Source: Planctomycetota bacterium
GTDB lineage: Bacteria > Planctomycetota > Planctomycetia > JALXBF01
Length of the DNA: 32,557 nt
Direction of reading: 5' to 3'
Assembly: GCA_026991575.1 (NCBI GenBank)
Contig: JALXBF010000190.1
Span: 1-32,557, forward strand
Both the position numbers and the translations under genes were made by a program. This document shows positions 1 to 9,390 of the stretch, piece after piece. The notes beneath the pieces are model-generated. The model worked only from the letters and a program-made list of their open reading frames with translations, was not told where the DNA came from and did not search any database. How positions within the stretch are numbered: position 1 is the first letter of the stretch; each line of letters opens with the position of its first letter.

Positions 1-1
1 C

Positions 2-316
2 CAGCGTTGCCTGGTTTGCTTCCAGGATCGTCTCACGCACGTTGCGCAGCAGGTCGGCCACGTCGCGAAGCGTGTCGACCGTGAGGTTCAGCGTGGTGCG
101 TGCTTCCTCAAGGTTCGCCAGATGTGCGTCGATCCGGGCAATGTCGGCCGCAAGGAATTGTCCGAGCGCGTGTTCGGCCGGTGCGTCCGACGGCTTGCGC
201 ACTCGCATGCCGGTGGCGGCCTGGATCTGCAGGTCCGTAATCCGGCCGTAGTACCGCTGGACCGTCCGGATCGTTTGCTTCAGGAAAAACGTCGGCGTGA
301 TACGAACCAGCGACAT
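2..316 (-). CDS. flgL: Flagellar hook-associated protein 3 FlgL, N-terminal part (runs off the left edge)
   Basis: Manual translation from ATG at 316 (RBS GAGGA upstream): MSLVRITPTFFLKQTIRTVQRYYGRITDLQIQAATGMRVRKPSDAPAE..., which matches the flagellin/FlgL N-terminal TG.R..KPSD.P motif; directly downstream of flgK. Absent from the ORF track because it has no stop in the window. Confidence 0.85.
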   Translation of the reverse strand, partial: MSLVRITPTFFLKQTIRTVQRYYGRITDLQIQAATGMRVRKPSDAPAEHALGQFLAADIARIDAHLANLEEARTTLNLTVDTLRDVADLLRNVRETILEANQATL

Positions 317-488
317 GGCTGTTGTCCTCACGGACCAGAGTCCTCTCTGCACCTGAATCCGGCAGAGCCGGGCAGCTCGACATGCGGCAGCATCACCATC
401 TGTTGCATGGCGCACCGGCGGCTCACCACGTGACTGTCGATCGGGCCGCCAGCGGCTTGCCGCACGCCGCTAGGGAACAGCTCTTCCC

Positions 489-2459
489 TTACAGCACATT
501 CATCAGCTCATCGAGTGCGTCGTTCACGACACGCACCAGCTGAGCGGATGCTTCGAAGGCACGCTGGTACTGGCTCATCCTGATCACCTCCTCTTCGATG
601 TCCACGCCGGAGGCGCTTTGTCGTTCGAACTCAAGCTGCTCCAGCAACAGCTGCTCATGGGTCAATTGGCCGTCCAATTCGCTGACCGTCGCACCGATAT
701 CCGTCAGCAGCGTCAGGAAGTATCCGGACATCGACAGCGTGCCACCGGCCATGGTGAGTTGCTCACGTAACGTGCCCAGCTGCCGGGCGAGCAGGCCATC
801 GCCGGGCTCCCCCGTTCGACCGGCCGCTAGTGACGCTGGATCAGCCACCAGCTCAGGCCGCACCTTGATGTCACCGGCACCGCTACCGCGGAACAATGAG
901 TTCAGGCCGAGTGCAGCGAGCACGCCAGTCTCGTCCGGTCGGCCGACCACGTCGAGCGTGATGACATCGCCGTCGTTAAGCGTGCCCGGACCGACGCTCA
1001 GCACGATCCCCTGCCCCAGCGACAGCTCATCCCCAGGCGCGTACCCGGCACCGACGTTGAATTCGCCGAGCACCTCGCCTGCTCCGTTCGTCACACGCAG
1101 CAACAGGCCATCCGTCACGCCGACCTCCCCCGATCCGACCACCGTGACGGTGAGCGTGTCGTTGTTCTGGCCCGTGTAGACGCCGTCGACGGTAAACCGA
1201 GCGGTACCGCTGACGCCCGAGTGGTCGGGCACGGCAGGCATTCGGCCGGTGAAGTCGAAGCGGTAGCCCGGTACGGCCGCGATGGCGATGGTGTTCGTTG
1301 CGGCATTCACCACGGCGGTGACGTTCGGCAGGGCCGTGATGGCTGCGGCAAGGTCCTGGAGGCTCATCGTGGCCGGGTCGATCGCCACGCGATGCAACGC
1401 TCGCTGGCCCGTTGCCGTGTCAGTCACAGTGATGTAGAGATCTCCGGCCTGGACCGGAAACGCACCTACGGCCTGGGACAAGGGGACCGTGCTGTCGGAG
1501 ACAGGCCGAACGCTTGTCAGACGCGTGTAGCTGCCGTTCAGCCCGAGTCCGGTTGCGTGCAGACCGTCGACTTGGGCCATGACGGTGGTTGCCAGAAGGT
1601 CGAGCCGTTGTCGGATATCGGCAAAGACCGAATCGTGCAGTTCGATCAGTCCGGCTAGCTTGCCGGCTGTGACTTGGACGGCGCCGGGAATGCCCTGCAT
1701 CCGGACCGTCGTCTGGGCCAGCCCCTCGAACTCGACCGACAACGGGCTGGCCACCCCTTCGCCAACAAGCATGTACCCGCCCACGAGGATGTTTACCCGG
1801 CCGTAGTCCTGTTCGATCACCTGGATGTCGACCAACTCGGCCAGCTTCTCCAGCAGCAGATCCCGGCGATCGCGCAGGCTGTTGGCCTGCTTGCCGCTGA
1901 GCTCCGCGGCACCGATGCGGACGTTGAGTTCGGCAAGCTGCTCCGCGTAGCGGTTGATGGTCTCGATCGTGCCGCGGATCTCGGTCTCGACCACCTCGCG
2001 AAAACGGGTGAGCTGGTCGCTAATGCCGTTGAACTGATCTGCCAGTGCGACGGCCTGGTTCAGCACGCTGCGGCGCAAGGTCATATCGTCCGGCCGGCCG
2101 CTCAGCTCGTCAAACGCGAGAAAGAACCGGTCCAACAACTCGTTGATCTTGCCTTCTTCCGGTGCGAGGATGGTCTCCAGGCGGCGTGTGAACGTTAGCA
2201 GCACGTCGAGGCGGCCGCGTCGTTCCAGCCCCGCCTGGATCGACTCTTCCACCACGGCGTCCCGGATCCGGCGGATCGCCAGGATATCGACCCCCGTGCC
2301 CAGCAGGATCGCCCCCCGCTCCAGGTCCGGACGCGGGGCCAACATGATCTCCTGGCGGTGGTAGCCTGGCGTGTTTGCATTGGCCACATTCTGGCCGATG
2401 ACTTCTAGTGCCAGGCGGTTCGCGCGCAGGCCACTTAACGCTGTCTGCAAGCTGATCAT
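489..2459 (-). CDS. flgK: Flagellar hook-associated protein 1 FlgK
   Basis: N-terminal TALSGL...GQNVANANTPGYHRQ, central LRDRRDLLLEKLA, C-terminal SGVDIEEE...YQRAFEASA; 656 aa. Confidence 0.95.
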   Translation of the reverse strand: MISLQTALSGLRANRLALEVIGQNVANANTPGYHRQEIMLAPRPDLERGAILLGTGVDILAIRRIRDAVVEESIQAGLERRGRLDVLLTFTRRLETILAPEEGKINELLDRFFLAFDELSGRPDDMTLRRSVLNQAVALADQFNGISDQLTRFREVVETEIRGTIETINRYAEQLAELNVRIGAAELSGKQANSLRDRRDLLLEKLAELVDIQVIEQDYGRVNILVGGYMLVGEGVASPLSVEFEGLAQTTVRMQGIPGAVQVTAGKLAGLIELHDSVFADIRQRLDLLATTVMAQVDGLHATGLGLNGSYTRLTSVRPVSDSTVPLSQAVGAFPVQAGDLYITVTDTATGQRALHRVAIDPATMSLQDLAAAITALPNVTAVVNAATNTIAIAAVPGYRFDFTGRMPAVPDHSGVSGTARFTVDGVYTGQNNDTLTVTVVGSGEVGVTDGLLLRVTNGAGEVLGEFNVGAGYAPGDELSLGQGIVLSVGPGTLNDGDVITLDVVGRPDETGVLAALGLNSLFRGSGAGDIKVRPELVADPASLAAGRTGEPGDGLLARQLGTLREQLTMAGGTLSMSGYFLTLLTDIGATVSELDGQLTHEQLLLEQLEFERQSASGVDIEEEVIRMSQYQRAFEASAQLVRVVNDALDELMNVL

Positions 2460-2463
2460 CGGA

Positions 2464-2985
2464 CTACCCCACCGTACGCACGATCGCTCCGTCGCAAGGT
2501 GCGTCTACCTCGCCACCCGGTCCGTAGAGTGTTCCGGCCGTGGGCTCGCCCACCAGGGTGTGCAGCACGCGGCGGAGCAACTCGACGTGGTGGCGCAGCA
2601 ACAGCGCGTTGCCCTCATTGGTCCGGCGGACACGCTGCACGAGTTGCCGCAGGGCCGCGGCCCGCTCCATGAGCTGGTCCCGCCGTTGCCGGTCCAGGGC
2701 CTGGGCAATTCGACCGATCGTTAGCCCTCTGCTGTCGGGCACCCTCAGCGCCACGGCGGCTTCGGCCAGCAGGTCGTGCCGTTCGCGTTCCATTTCGCGT
2801 GCCACCCGCTGCAGGTCCTGGCTATCGCGCACCACTGCCTGCAGTCGCGCCAGGTCCCCTTGCACCAGGCACTGCCGCACGGTCTGCAGCACCTCCAGCA
2901 GCTGCGTCTGGTACGCTTCTTCACGCTCCAGGTAAGCAAGGCACAGCGTGTAGAGTCGGTCGGTGAGTTCGCGTCCTGCGGTCAC
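2464..2985 (-). CDS. flgN: Flagellar export chaperone FlgN-like protein
   Basis: Helical protein directly upstream of flgK, with a C-terminal NEGNALLL...LYGPGG FlgN-like pattern; GTG at 2985 preceded by GGAGG chosen as start rather than 3057. Confidence 0.75.
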   Translation of the reverse strand: MTAGRELTDRLYTLCLAYLEREEAYQTQLLEVLQTVRQCLVQGDLARLQAVVRDSQDLQRVAREMERERHDLLAEAAVALRVPDSRGLTIGRIAQALDRQRRDQLMERAAALRQLVQRVRRTNEGNALLLRHHVELLRRVLHTLVGEPTAGTLYGPGGEVDAPCDGAIVRTVG

Positions 2986-3267
2986 CGCTTGCCTCCGGTG
3001 GGCCAGCAAGAGGGAAAGGAATGGCAAAGGCAGGTCACGTCCGCGGCCGTAGGCCACCTATGGGATCGTCACGACGGGTCTGTCCGGTTCGACCCAATGG
3101 GGCCGCCACGGGCAGCACAGACCGCAGAACCGGTAGATCATGGCGACGGGGACCAGCCACACCGTGCCGGTCCGAAAGTCCGCACCCCACAGGAAATGCC
3201 GTGCGGCTCTGAGGCTCCCCGGCTCCAGAACGGCAGCGAAAAGAGTCGGGTTGGTGGTGAGATCGCT

Positions 3268-3654
3268 TCAGTGCCCCCGGCCAGCCATTTCCGCGTGTGC
3301 GGCAGGCGCTGTGCTCTGTTGCGCTCGACTAGCGTCGGCCTGCTCGCGTCGTTCCAGATAGCGCTCGATCATGCGCGCAACACCAAGCGAGCTGTGCTCG
3401 GCCAGGTAGTCGGCCAGGAACATGTCGAAGAGGGCACCATACGCGTCGGCTTGGTCACCGGGGAACAACCCCTCTTCGGTCATCGCGGTGCGCAGCCGGT
3501 TGATGACCATGGACCAGAACATCGCTTCAAACTTTCGCGCCACCGTTCGGGCATCGACGTTGCGTGACAGCCCGAGCTGTTCGGCAAGCGTGCGTGGGTT
3601 GCCGAGGAGGCTGCTGGCATCAGGCATAGGCACTGCAGAACCGGCATCCACCAT
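3268..3654 (-). CDS. flgJ: Rod-binding protein (FlgJ N-terminal domain only)
   Basis: VARKFEAMFWSMVINRLR...YGALFDMFLADYLA..SSLGVARMI rod-binding motif; follows flgI; no muramidase domain. Confidence 0.75.
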   Translation of the reverse strand: MVDAGSAVPMPDASSLLGNPRTLAEQLGLSRNVDARTVARKFEAMFWSMVINRLRTAMTEEGLFPGDQADAYGALFDMFLADYLAEHSSLGVARMIERYLERREQADASRAQQSTAPAAHAEMAGRGH

Positions 3655-3669
3655 GGCCTGGCCTCCGAA

Positions 3670-4779
3670 TCACATGATCACCAACTCGGCGTGCAGGGCT
3701 CCGGCCTGCTTCAGCGCCTGGAAGATGGCCACGATGTCTCGGGGGGTGACGCCCAAAGCGTTCAGGGCTCGGGCCAATTCCCCAACCGTAACGCTTGGTC
3801 CGATCGGGTGCAGCGTGCCCCCTTCTTCGGTGACGTCAATCTGCGTTCGCGGCACGACGGTGGTTTGCCCCTGGCTCAGCGGCGCCGGCTGCGAGACCAT
3901 CGGGGTCTCTGACGTGACGATCGCCAGGTTGGCATGTGCGATCGCAACCGCGGAGATCGCCACGTGCTCACCGGCCACGATGGTCCCGGTACGTTCGTTG
4001 ATGACGACACGGGCCGGCACATCCGGCTTGATCTTCAACTCACCGATCTCAGCCAGGAAAGCAACCGGGTCACGGTCGGCCTCATCTGGCAGCGTGATCT
4101 GCACCGTGCCGGCATCGAGTGCCACGGCCGTGTTCGGGTAGCGTCGGTTGATCACCCGTGCCATCGCCGTTGCGGTTGAGAAGTCGGGCTGCCGCAACAG
4201 CAGCCGCACGAAACCGCCGTGCACGAAGTCGGTTGGCAGCGTTTGTTCGACGACCGCGCCACCGGGGATGCGGCCCACGGTGGGGTGATTCTTCTGAGCC
4301 TGAGCCGCTTGACCAGAGAACACAAACCCCCCGACCGACAGTGGCCCTTGGGCGACGGCGTACACTTCCCCGTCCGCGCCCCGCAGCGGCGTAAGTAGCA
4401 GTACCCCCCCTTGCAGACTCTTCGCGTCGTCGATCGCAGAGACCGTCACGTCGATCCGGCTACCCTCGACCGCAAACGGCGGCAGTTCTGCCGTCACCAT
4501 CACCGCCGCAATCGTCTTGGTGTCGAAGTCCGACAGGCCGGTCACAAAGTTCAGGCGGCGGAGCATCTCAACGGCAAGCTGCCGGGTGAAGTTGCTGCGA
4601 CCACCGGTGTTGTCCAGCCCGACGACCAGTCCGAGGCCATAGAGCTGGTTGGCCCGCACTCCCTCGACGTCGACCACATCCTTGATGCGCACCTGGGCCA
4701 CCGCCCCCGGGGCCAGCACCAGATGCACCGCGATGGCAACGGCGCAGAGGCATGCTCGTCTAAAACGGCCAGATCGCAT
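3670..4779 (-). CDS. flgI: Flagellar P-ring protein FlgI
   Basis: RIKDVVDVEGVRANQLYGLGLVVGLDNTG, DAKSLQGGVLLLTPL, VVINERTGTIV, LKQAGALHAEL; start placed at ATG 4779, which precedes a signal peptide (start uncertain). Confidence 0.95.
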   Translation of the reverse strand: MRSGRFRRACLCAVAIAVHLVLAPGAVAQVRIKDVVDVEGVRANQLYGLGLVVGLDNTGGRSNFTRQLAVEMLRRLNFVTGLSDFDTKTIAAVMVTAELPPFAVEGSRIDVTVSAIDDAKSLQGGVLLLTPLRGADGEVYAVAQGPLSVGGFVFSGQAAQAQKNHPTVGRIPGGAVVEQTLPTDFVHGGFVRLLLRQPDFSTATAMARVINRRYPNTAVALDAGTVQITLPDEADRDPVAFLAEIGELKIKPDVPARVVINERTGTIVAGEHVAISAVAIAHANLAIVTSETPMVSQPAPLSQGQTTVVPRTQIDVTEEGGTLHPIGPSVTVGELARALNALGVTPRDIVAIFQALKQAGALHAELVIM

Positions 4780-5383
4780 TGAGAATCCGTCCGACGATGC
4801 CAGGATTGACAAAGTGCGACTCAACACCCCGTCCCTCATACCAGATCGTGAAATCGGCGATACGGTCCGAACGCACTAGGTTGCCGTCCAGGATGTCGAT
4901 CGGGCGCACGATTCCTGAGACATGGATCGTGCGTTCCTCGCCGGCAATCACCCTCCGCCGGGTTCCTTCGATTACCAGGTTGCCATTCGGCAGCACTTCG
5001 ACGACCTTCACCGACATCCGGTCCACGAAGTCCCGCTCAGCCCGGTAGCGCGCGTTGCCGTCCAGCGTGCGGGCGCTGTCCCAACCGAGCACGCTCTCAA
5101 GCGAGGCGGTCCGAGATGTCGTGGCCCCTTTCGTTTCCCCCTCGAAGGCAGTGTTGACCTTTGACTCCGTCTCCTTCTCGAGCTGTCGGATCTCGCGGTT
5201 CTCGATGTTCGTGCTTTCGGTCACGATGATCGTCAGAATGTCGCCGACGCGCCGGGCACGGGTATCCTCAAAGAGGTAGGCCCATTTTGCCCGGCGTCGC
5301 TTCCAGATCGAATCGGCCTGGGCCAGGTCAGCGGCAGCGACCGACCCGATCAGTGCGATCAAGAGTAATCGCAGGGTTTTCAT
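4760..5383 (-). CDS. flgH: Flagellar L-ring protein FlgH
   Basis: ARRVGDILTIIVTE, VVEVLPNGNLVIEG, VSGIVRPIDI..GNLVRSDRIAD, ends WPF; start at MKTLRLLL (5383). Confidence 0.93.
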   Translation of the reverse strand: MKTLRLLLIALIGSVAAADLAQADSIWKRRRAKWAYLFEDTRARRVGDILTIIVTESTNIENREIRQLEKETESKVNTAFEGETKGATTSRTASLESVLGWDSARTLDGNARYRAERDFVDRMSVKVVEVLPNGNLVIEGTRRRVIAGEERTIHVSGIVRPIDILDGNLVRSDRIADFTIWYEGRGVESHFVNPGIVGRILNAIWPF

Positions 5384-5459
5384 GGCTTGCAACCCCTGTT
5401 GTCCGGTCTCAGGCAGGGTTATCAAAGGTCGTTGAGAGATCGTCATGCATGCAGAGGAA

Positions 5460-5476
5460 CGCAAAGCTTGAGCCAG
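5460..5476 (-). promoter_or_regulatory. Candidate sigma-54 (-24/-12) promoter upstream of flgH
   Basis: Minus strand reads CTGGCTCAAGCTTTGCG: exact GG-N10-GC spacing, one mismatch to TGGCAC-N5-TTGC, about 80 nt upstream of the flgH ATG in the flgA-flgH gap. Confidence 0.5.
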
Positions 5477-5603
5477 CTGCCGGGCGGACGGCCACCATGG
5501 CACGTGGCCATGGCCGTCGGCACCGGGAGTAACTGCTGCGCCGGCGGCTTGATCAGACGCTGCTGACGCGGCCGGCTTCGTGGTCGCCCACTCGGCCTAC
5601 CAG

Positions 5604-6509
5604 TCAGAAGATCACCTCCACCACCCCTCGGTCCACCACGCGGCCGACGACGACGCGCTGGGACTTCAAGTTCCGCACCCGGATGAACTGCCCCAGGCGG
5701 CCGTCCTGGAGTGCCTGACCGGTGGCCGTGACCGTGAAGAAACGGCTCCGCGCGACCAGACGCACCACGTCGCGGCGGTGCACGAGTATGGGGCGTGATC
5801 GGGCCGCCTCGGGCAAGTCACCACCCGCTTCAAAGCCGACCTGAACGATGCCCGATCCCTCTCCGTCACGCCGCTGTTCCAGGTAGACCGGCAGCGTGGC
5901 AACCAGTCGATCGCCGGCGTACACGGAGACGTCCACCCGAAGTCGGTCCCCTCGGAAGGGGGCACCGGCCAGCAGAGCCGGTTCCAGTCGGACGACGCCG
6001 TAGTGGCGGGGCACGTACAGCGGTCGACGGAGGTAGGACCGCAGCTGCGTGCCGGCCACACGAAGCAATTCGGGGAAATGCCGCTGCAGCCAGCCGGCCA
6101 CGGCCCGCTGCAAGTCCTCGGCCGTCACCGTTTCGACGTCGACAGTCAGGTAGATCCTGTCCGGCCCGTCGACTCGCCAGTCGTAGGCACGGGCACGACG
6201 TAACCGCTGGAGTACTTCGTCGCGGGTCCAGATGGCGACGCGCCCCGGCGCGGGCGCCCGTCCGAGAATTAGCCGTCTCAGCACCGGCTCCTCGCTACCT
6301 GCCCCCCGCAGCTCTTCGGCCACATCGCCTAAACGAACCACCTCGGCACGCAAGCAACCGGCCGGCCGCAATCGGACCAGGATTGTCCGCTGCTGCACTG
6401 GTTCGTCAGGCTGCAGCTCGGCTGTCACTCGAACCGCCGGCCCGGCCGCCAGGAGCAGCAGCCCGAGCAGCACAGCCACGGTTAGTTTCGCCGACCGCTT
6501 CTCCGCCAT
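5604..6509 (-). CDS. flgA: Flagella basal body P-ring formation protein FlgA
   Basis: Signal peptide, VRLGDVAE domain, C-terminal LVHRRDVVRL...GQALQDGRLGQFIRVRNLKSQRVV motif; lies between flgG and flgH. Confidence 0.88.
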   Translation of the reverse strand: MAEKRSAKLTVAVLLGLLLLAAGPAVRVTAELQPDEPVQQRTILVRLRPAGCLRAEVVRLGDVAEELRGAGSEEPVLRRLILGRAPAPGRVAIWTRDEVLQRLRRARAYDWRVDGPDRIYLTVDVETVTAEDLQRAVAGWLQRHFPELLRVAGTQLRSYLRRPLYVPRHYGVVRLEPALLAGAPFRGDRLRVDVSVYAGDRLVATLPVYLEQRRDGEGSGIVQVGFEAGGDLPEAARSRPILVHRRDVVRLVARSRFFTVTATGQALQDGRLGQFIRVRNLKSQRVVVGRVVDRGVVEVIF

Positions 6510-6522
6510 CACGCTCTCATGC

Positions 6523-7314
6523 CTACCGGCTGAGCTGGTTGGCCGTTTCAAGCATCGCGTCGCCAGCCCGGATCGCCCTCGAGTTGATCTCATAGGCCCT
6601 CTGGGCCAGGATCAGGGTCACGAGCTCGGTGACGACCTCAACGTTGGATTCCTCGATGAATTCGCCCAGAAGCGTGCCGGCGCCGTTCTGCCCCGGGATG
6701 CTGAGGATCGGCGGGCCGGATGCGGGAGTTTCCGAGTACAGGTTGTGGCCTTCGGAACGAAGCCCTGCCGGATTCGCGAACAACGCAATCTGGATGTTGC
6801 CCACGACAGTTGCGGTAGTCGGTGCGCCAGCCGTGATCACGGACACGGTGCCGTCGCGCGAAACGCTGATCTGAATAGCATCCTGCGGGATGGTGATTGC
6901 CGGTTCCAATGGGTATCCTTCAGGCGTGACGATCTGGCGATTCTGATCCAGGCGAAAGTGACCGGCGCGCGTGTAGCGGATCTCGCCGGATGGCATCAGG
7001 ATCTGAAAGAAGCCGTCACCTTCGATGGCTATGTCCAGAGAGTTACCTGTGTGCCGCAGCGGCCCCATGGTGAATTGCTTCATCGTGGAGGAGACGGCAA
7101 CGCCGCTGCCGATCTCCAGTCCCGTCGGGATCATGTTGCCCTGGGCATCCTGAGTCCCGGGTGGCTGCTCGTTCACGTAGACCAGGTCCTTGAACGAAAC
7201 CAGGGACCGTTTGAAGCCGGCAGTATTGAGGTTCGCCAGGTTGTTGGCCGTGACGTCGATAACTTTCTCCTCGGCCTTCATTCCGGAGGCGCTGGTGTAG
7301 AGCGCGCGGATCAT
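6523..7314 (-). CDS. flgG: Flagellar basal-body distal rod protein FlgG
   Basis: MIRALYTSASGM...ANNLANLNTAGFK, DIAIEGDGFFQI, YTRAGHF, EESNVEVVTELV..ILAQRAYEINSRAI; 263 aa. Confidence 0.96.
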   Translation of the reverse strand: MIRALYTSASGMKAEEKVIDVTANNLANLNTAGFKRSLVSFKDLVYVNEQPPGTQDAQGNMIPTGLEIGSGVAVSSTMKQFTMGPLRHTGNSLDIAIEGDGFFQILMPSGEIRYTRAGHFRLDQNRQIVTPEGYPLEPAITIPQDAIQISVSRDGTVSVITAGAPTTATVVGNIQIALFANPAGLRSEGHNLYSETPASGPPILSIPGQNGAGTLLGEFIEESNVEVVTELVTLILAQRAYEINSRAIRAGDAMLETANQLSR

Positions 7315-7335
7315 GCTCGTCCCTCGTTGCTCGTG

Positions 7336-8034
7336 CTAGAGCAGTTCGTTGGTTGCAGTCTGAATGAGGACCGAATAGCCCTGCAATGCCCTCTGGGATG
7401 CCTCATAGAAACGCGTGGCCAGGATCAACTGAACCAGGTCAATAATCGGTTCGACATTGCTGCCTTCGCGGGTCCCGGGCACCAGCCGCGGGTTCTCCAC
7501 CGGCTCAGCGCTGGCCTGACCAGGATCCTCAAACAGCGATGGGCCAACCGGCCGAAGTTGATCGACGTTTTGGAACCTGACCACACGCAGCTGGCCAACC
7601 GGTTGCCCCCCCGCGGTGACCGTTCCGTCTTCCAGGATCCGTACCGCACCCGCCTGAAGCGGCACCGTAATCGGCCCACCAGTCCCAGTCACCTGGTAAC
7701 CGGACGGGGTAACCAGCCGCCCGGTCGAGTCCACCAAGAAGATGCCGGCGCGCGTATACAGCGGCCCCGTGGGGCCTTCGAGAACGAAGAAGCCATCGTC
7801 GGCGATGGCTACGTCGAGCGGGTTTCCCGTCTGTTGATAGCTGCCGGGAGAAAAATCGATCCTTGGCTCCCCCGCCATCGCGATACCGCCGGACGGACCC
7901 GGCTCCAGCACGATCTGCACGGCCCGTCGGCGGTAACCGTGTACCCGCAGGTTCGCCAGGTTCTGGGCCGCGACCTCGTACAGCCGCTGGGCAGCGACCA
8001 TACCGGCTGCGGTGTCGTACAGTCCGTCCGGCAT
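7336..8034 (-). CDS. flgF: Flagellar basal-body rod protein FlgF
   Basis: GLYDTAAGM...AQNLAN, TGNPLDVAIADDGFF, YTRAG, EGSNVEPI; immediately upstream of flgG; GGAGGAG RBS. Confidence 0.88.
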   Translation of the reverse strand: MPDGLYDTAAGMVAAQRLYEVAAQNLANLRVHGYRRRAVQIVLEPGPSGGIAMAGEPRIDFSPGSYQQTGNPLDVAIADDGFFVLEGPTGPLYTRAGIFLVDSTGRLVTPSGYQVTGTGGPITVPLQAGAVRILEDGTVTAGGQPVGQLRVVRFQNVDQLRPVGPSLFEDPGQASAEPVENPRLVPGTREGSNVEPIIDLVQLILATRFYEASQRALQGYSVLIQTATNELL

Positions 8035-8225
8035 CGCTCCTCCCGGAAAGTTGGTCTTTTTCCGCTATTGCTGTTGATCGGCAAACGCGCCACGCGAAGT
8101 GAAGTTGGAACGGCCCGCAGCACCGGCGCAAACGGTCCAACCCGCGCCACGCAAACGGACGCCGTGACGTGTCACCCCGCCAGCCTTCCCCCAAGCCGCC
8201 GACGGGCGGCCGACGGTCTATGGAG

Positions 8226-9005
8226 CTAGCGCGCGTCTACGTTCCGGCGGCGGCGCCAGAGAACCAGCCCGGCTCCGCCGGCCATAAGTAGCAGGCTGGT
8301 CGGTTCAGGGGCCGGCTGGAACGACCAACTCAACACCTGGTGCGCTGCAGCGGCACCTCCGGTCGAAGCCGTGAATCCAACGTACGCGTAGCTGGTGCCG
8401 AGTAGCGCTGGGATGTCGACGGCGTGGGCAAGCGTCGTAACGAGGGTGCTGCCACGGTACAGCCTAGTCGTCAGGGTGCCGCCGGCGTAGTCAATCGTTG
8501 CCGTCCACGTCTGGCCGTCCTGGAGCAAATAGCCCGCAGGGATGTTCGTTGTGGCAACCGAGACGACCGAACCGTTCGTGTTGACTCCGATGTGATTGGC
8601 CGAAGGGTCGAAAAGTGGAAAGTTGTAATAGATGTCGAACTCGACAGCGACACTCGGGCTAATACCTGCGTAGCCGAGCCCGCCACCGCTGCCGCCCAAC
8701 TCGCCCGGTCCGGTAGGCTGGATCGTAAACGTCAATCCGTCGGCACCACCGCCGATCAGGTCCACAAACCGAAACCGGAACGTGGTGGTGAACTCACCGA
8801 CGAAAACATCGGTCGTGCGAAACACGCTACCACGACGATACATGTTCGCGGACACGACCGTCAGGATGCCGCCGCTGGCGGACGCGTCGCCGTTGAGTTG
8901 CAGCCCGGCTGTGCTGGAGAAATCCGCATAGTTGAAGCCGCCAGCCTTGACGACCGAAACCGCCAGCAACGTGACCGCAGCCGCCCATACGGCTTTCATT
9001 CGCAT
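8226..9005 (-). CDS. PEP-CTERM-sorted legume(L-type)-lectin-domain protein
   Basis: Signal peptide (MRMKAVWAAAVTLLAVSVVKA); lectin motifs GADGLTF, VAVEFDIY, NHIGVN, YVGFTASTG; C-terminal APEPTSLLLMAGGAGLVLWRRRR. Confidence 0.9.
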   Translation of the reverse strand: MRMKAVWAAAVTLLAVSVVKAGGFNYADFSSTAGLQLNGDASASGGILTVVSANMYRRGSVFRTTDVFVGEFTTTFRFRFVDLIGGGADGLTFTIQPTGPGELGGSGGGLGYAGISPSVAVEFDIYYNFPLFDPSANHIGVNTNGSVVSVATTNIPAGYLLQDGQTWTATIDYAGGTLTTRLYRGSTLVTTLAHAVDIPALLGTSYAYVGFTASTGGAAAAHQVLSWSFQPAPEPTSLLLMAGGAGLVLWRRRRNVDAR

Positions 9006-9325
9006 CGTCCCTTGCCCCCCGGAATACGGTCCTCCCATTGCATGCACCCACTGGCGCCTCACCGAACCAAACTCCCGTGCGAACCAGCAACAAAGCCGAC
9101 AACCGAGTGCTATGCGCTGGTCCAACCTTGGCTGCCGGGTCCGCCGGCGTACGCGGCCGAGCCTTGCCCCCGGAACTACCCCCGTTTTCGCGCTACGATG
9201 CTAGCTGATGGAGCCGCGCCAGGTCAAGCAGGTTGAAGCTGGCCACGGCCAGCTACGCTCGCCGCCCAGGTGATCTCTGCCAGTGTTCGCCGTTGCCGGA
9301 CGGCAGCTGCTTTGTCGAACTGCTT

Positions 9326-9354
9326 TTGACAACGGCAGCGGAAATGGCTATTTC
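9326..9354 (+). promoter_or_regulatory. Candidate sigma-70 promoter
   Basis: TTGACA(9326-9331)-17 nt-TATTTC(9349-9354) upstream of ATG 9391; supports 9391 rather than 9283 as the start. Confidence 0.4.
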
Positions 9355-9390
9355 CTACTGGCGGCGTCTGAAGATAACAGGAGCTGTCCG

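Noticed and set aside
6232..8229. 665-aa plus-strand ORF
   Set aside because: Antisense shadow of flgA/flgG/flgF; no motifs, and long shadow ORFs are expected at high GC.
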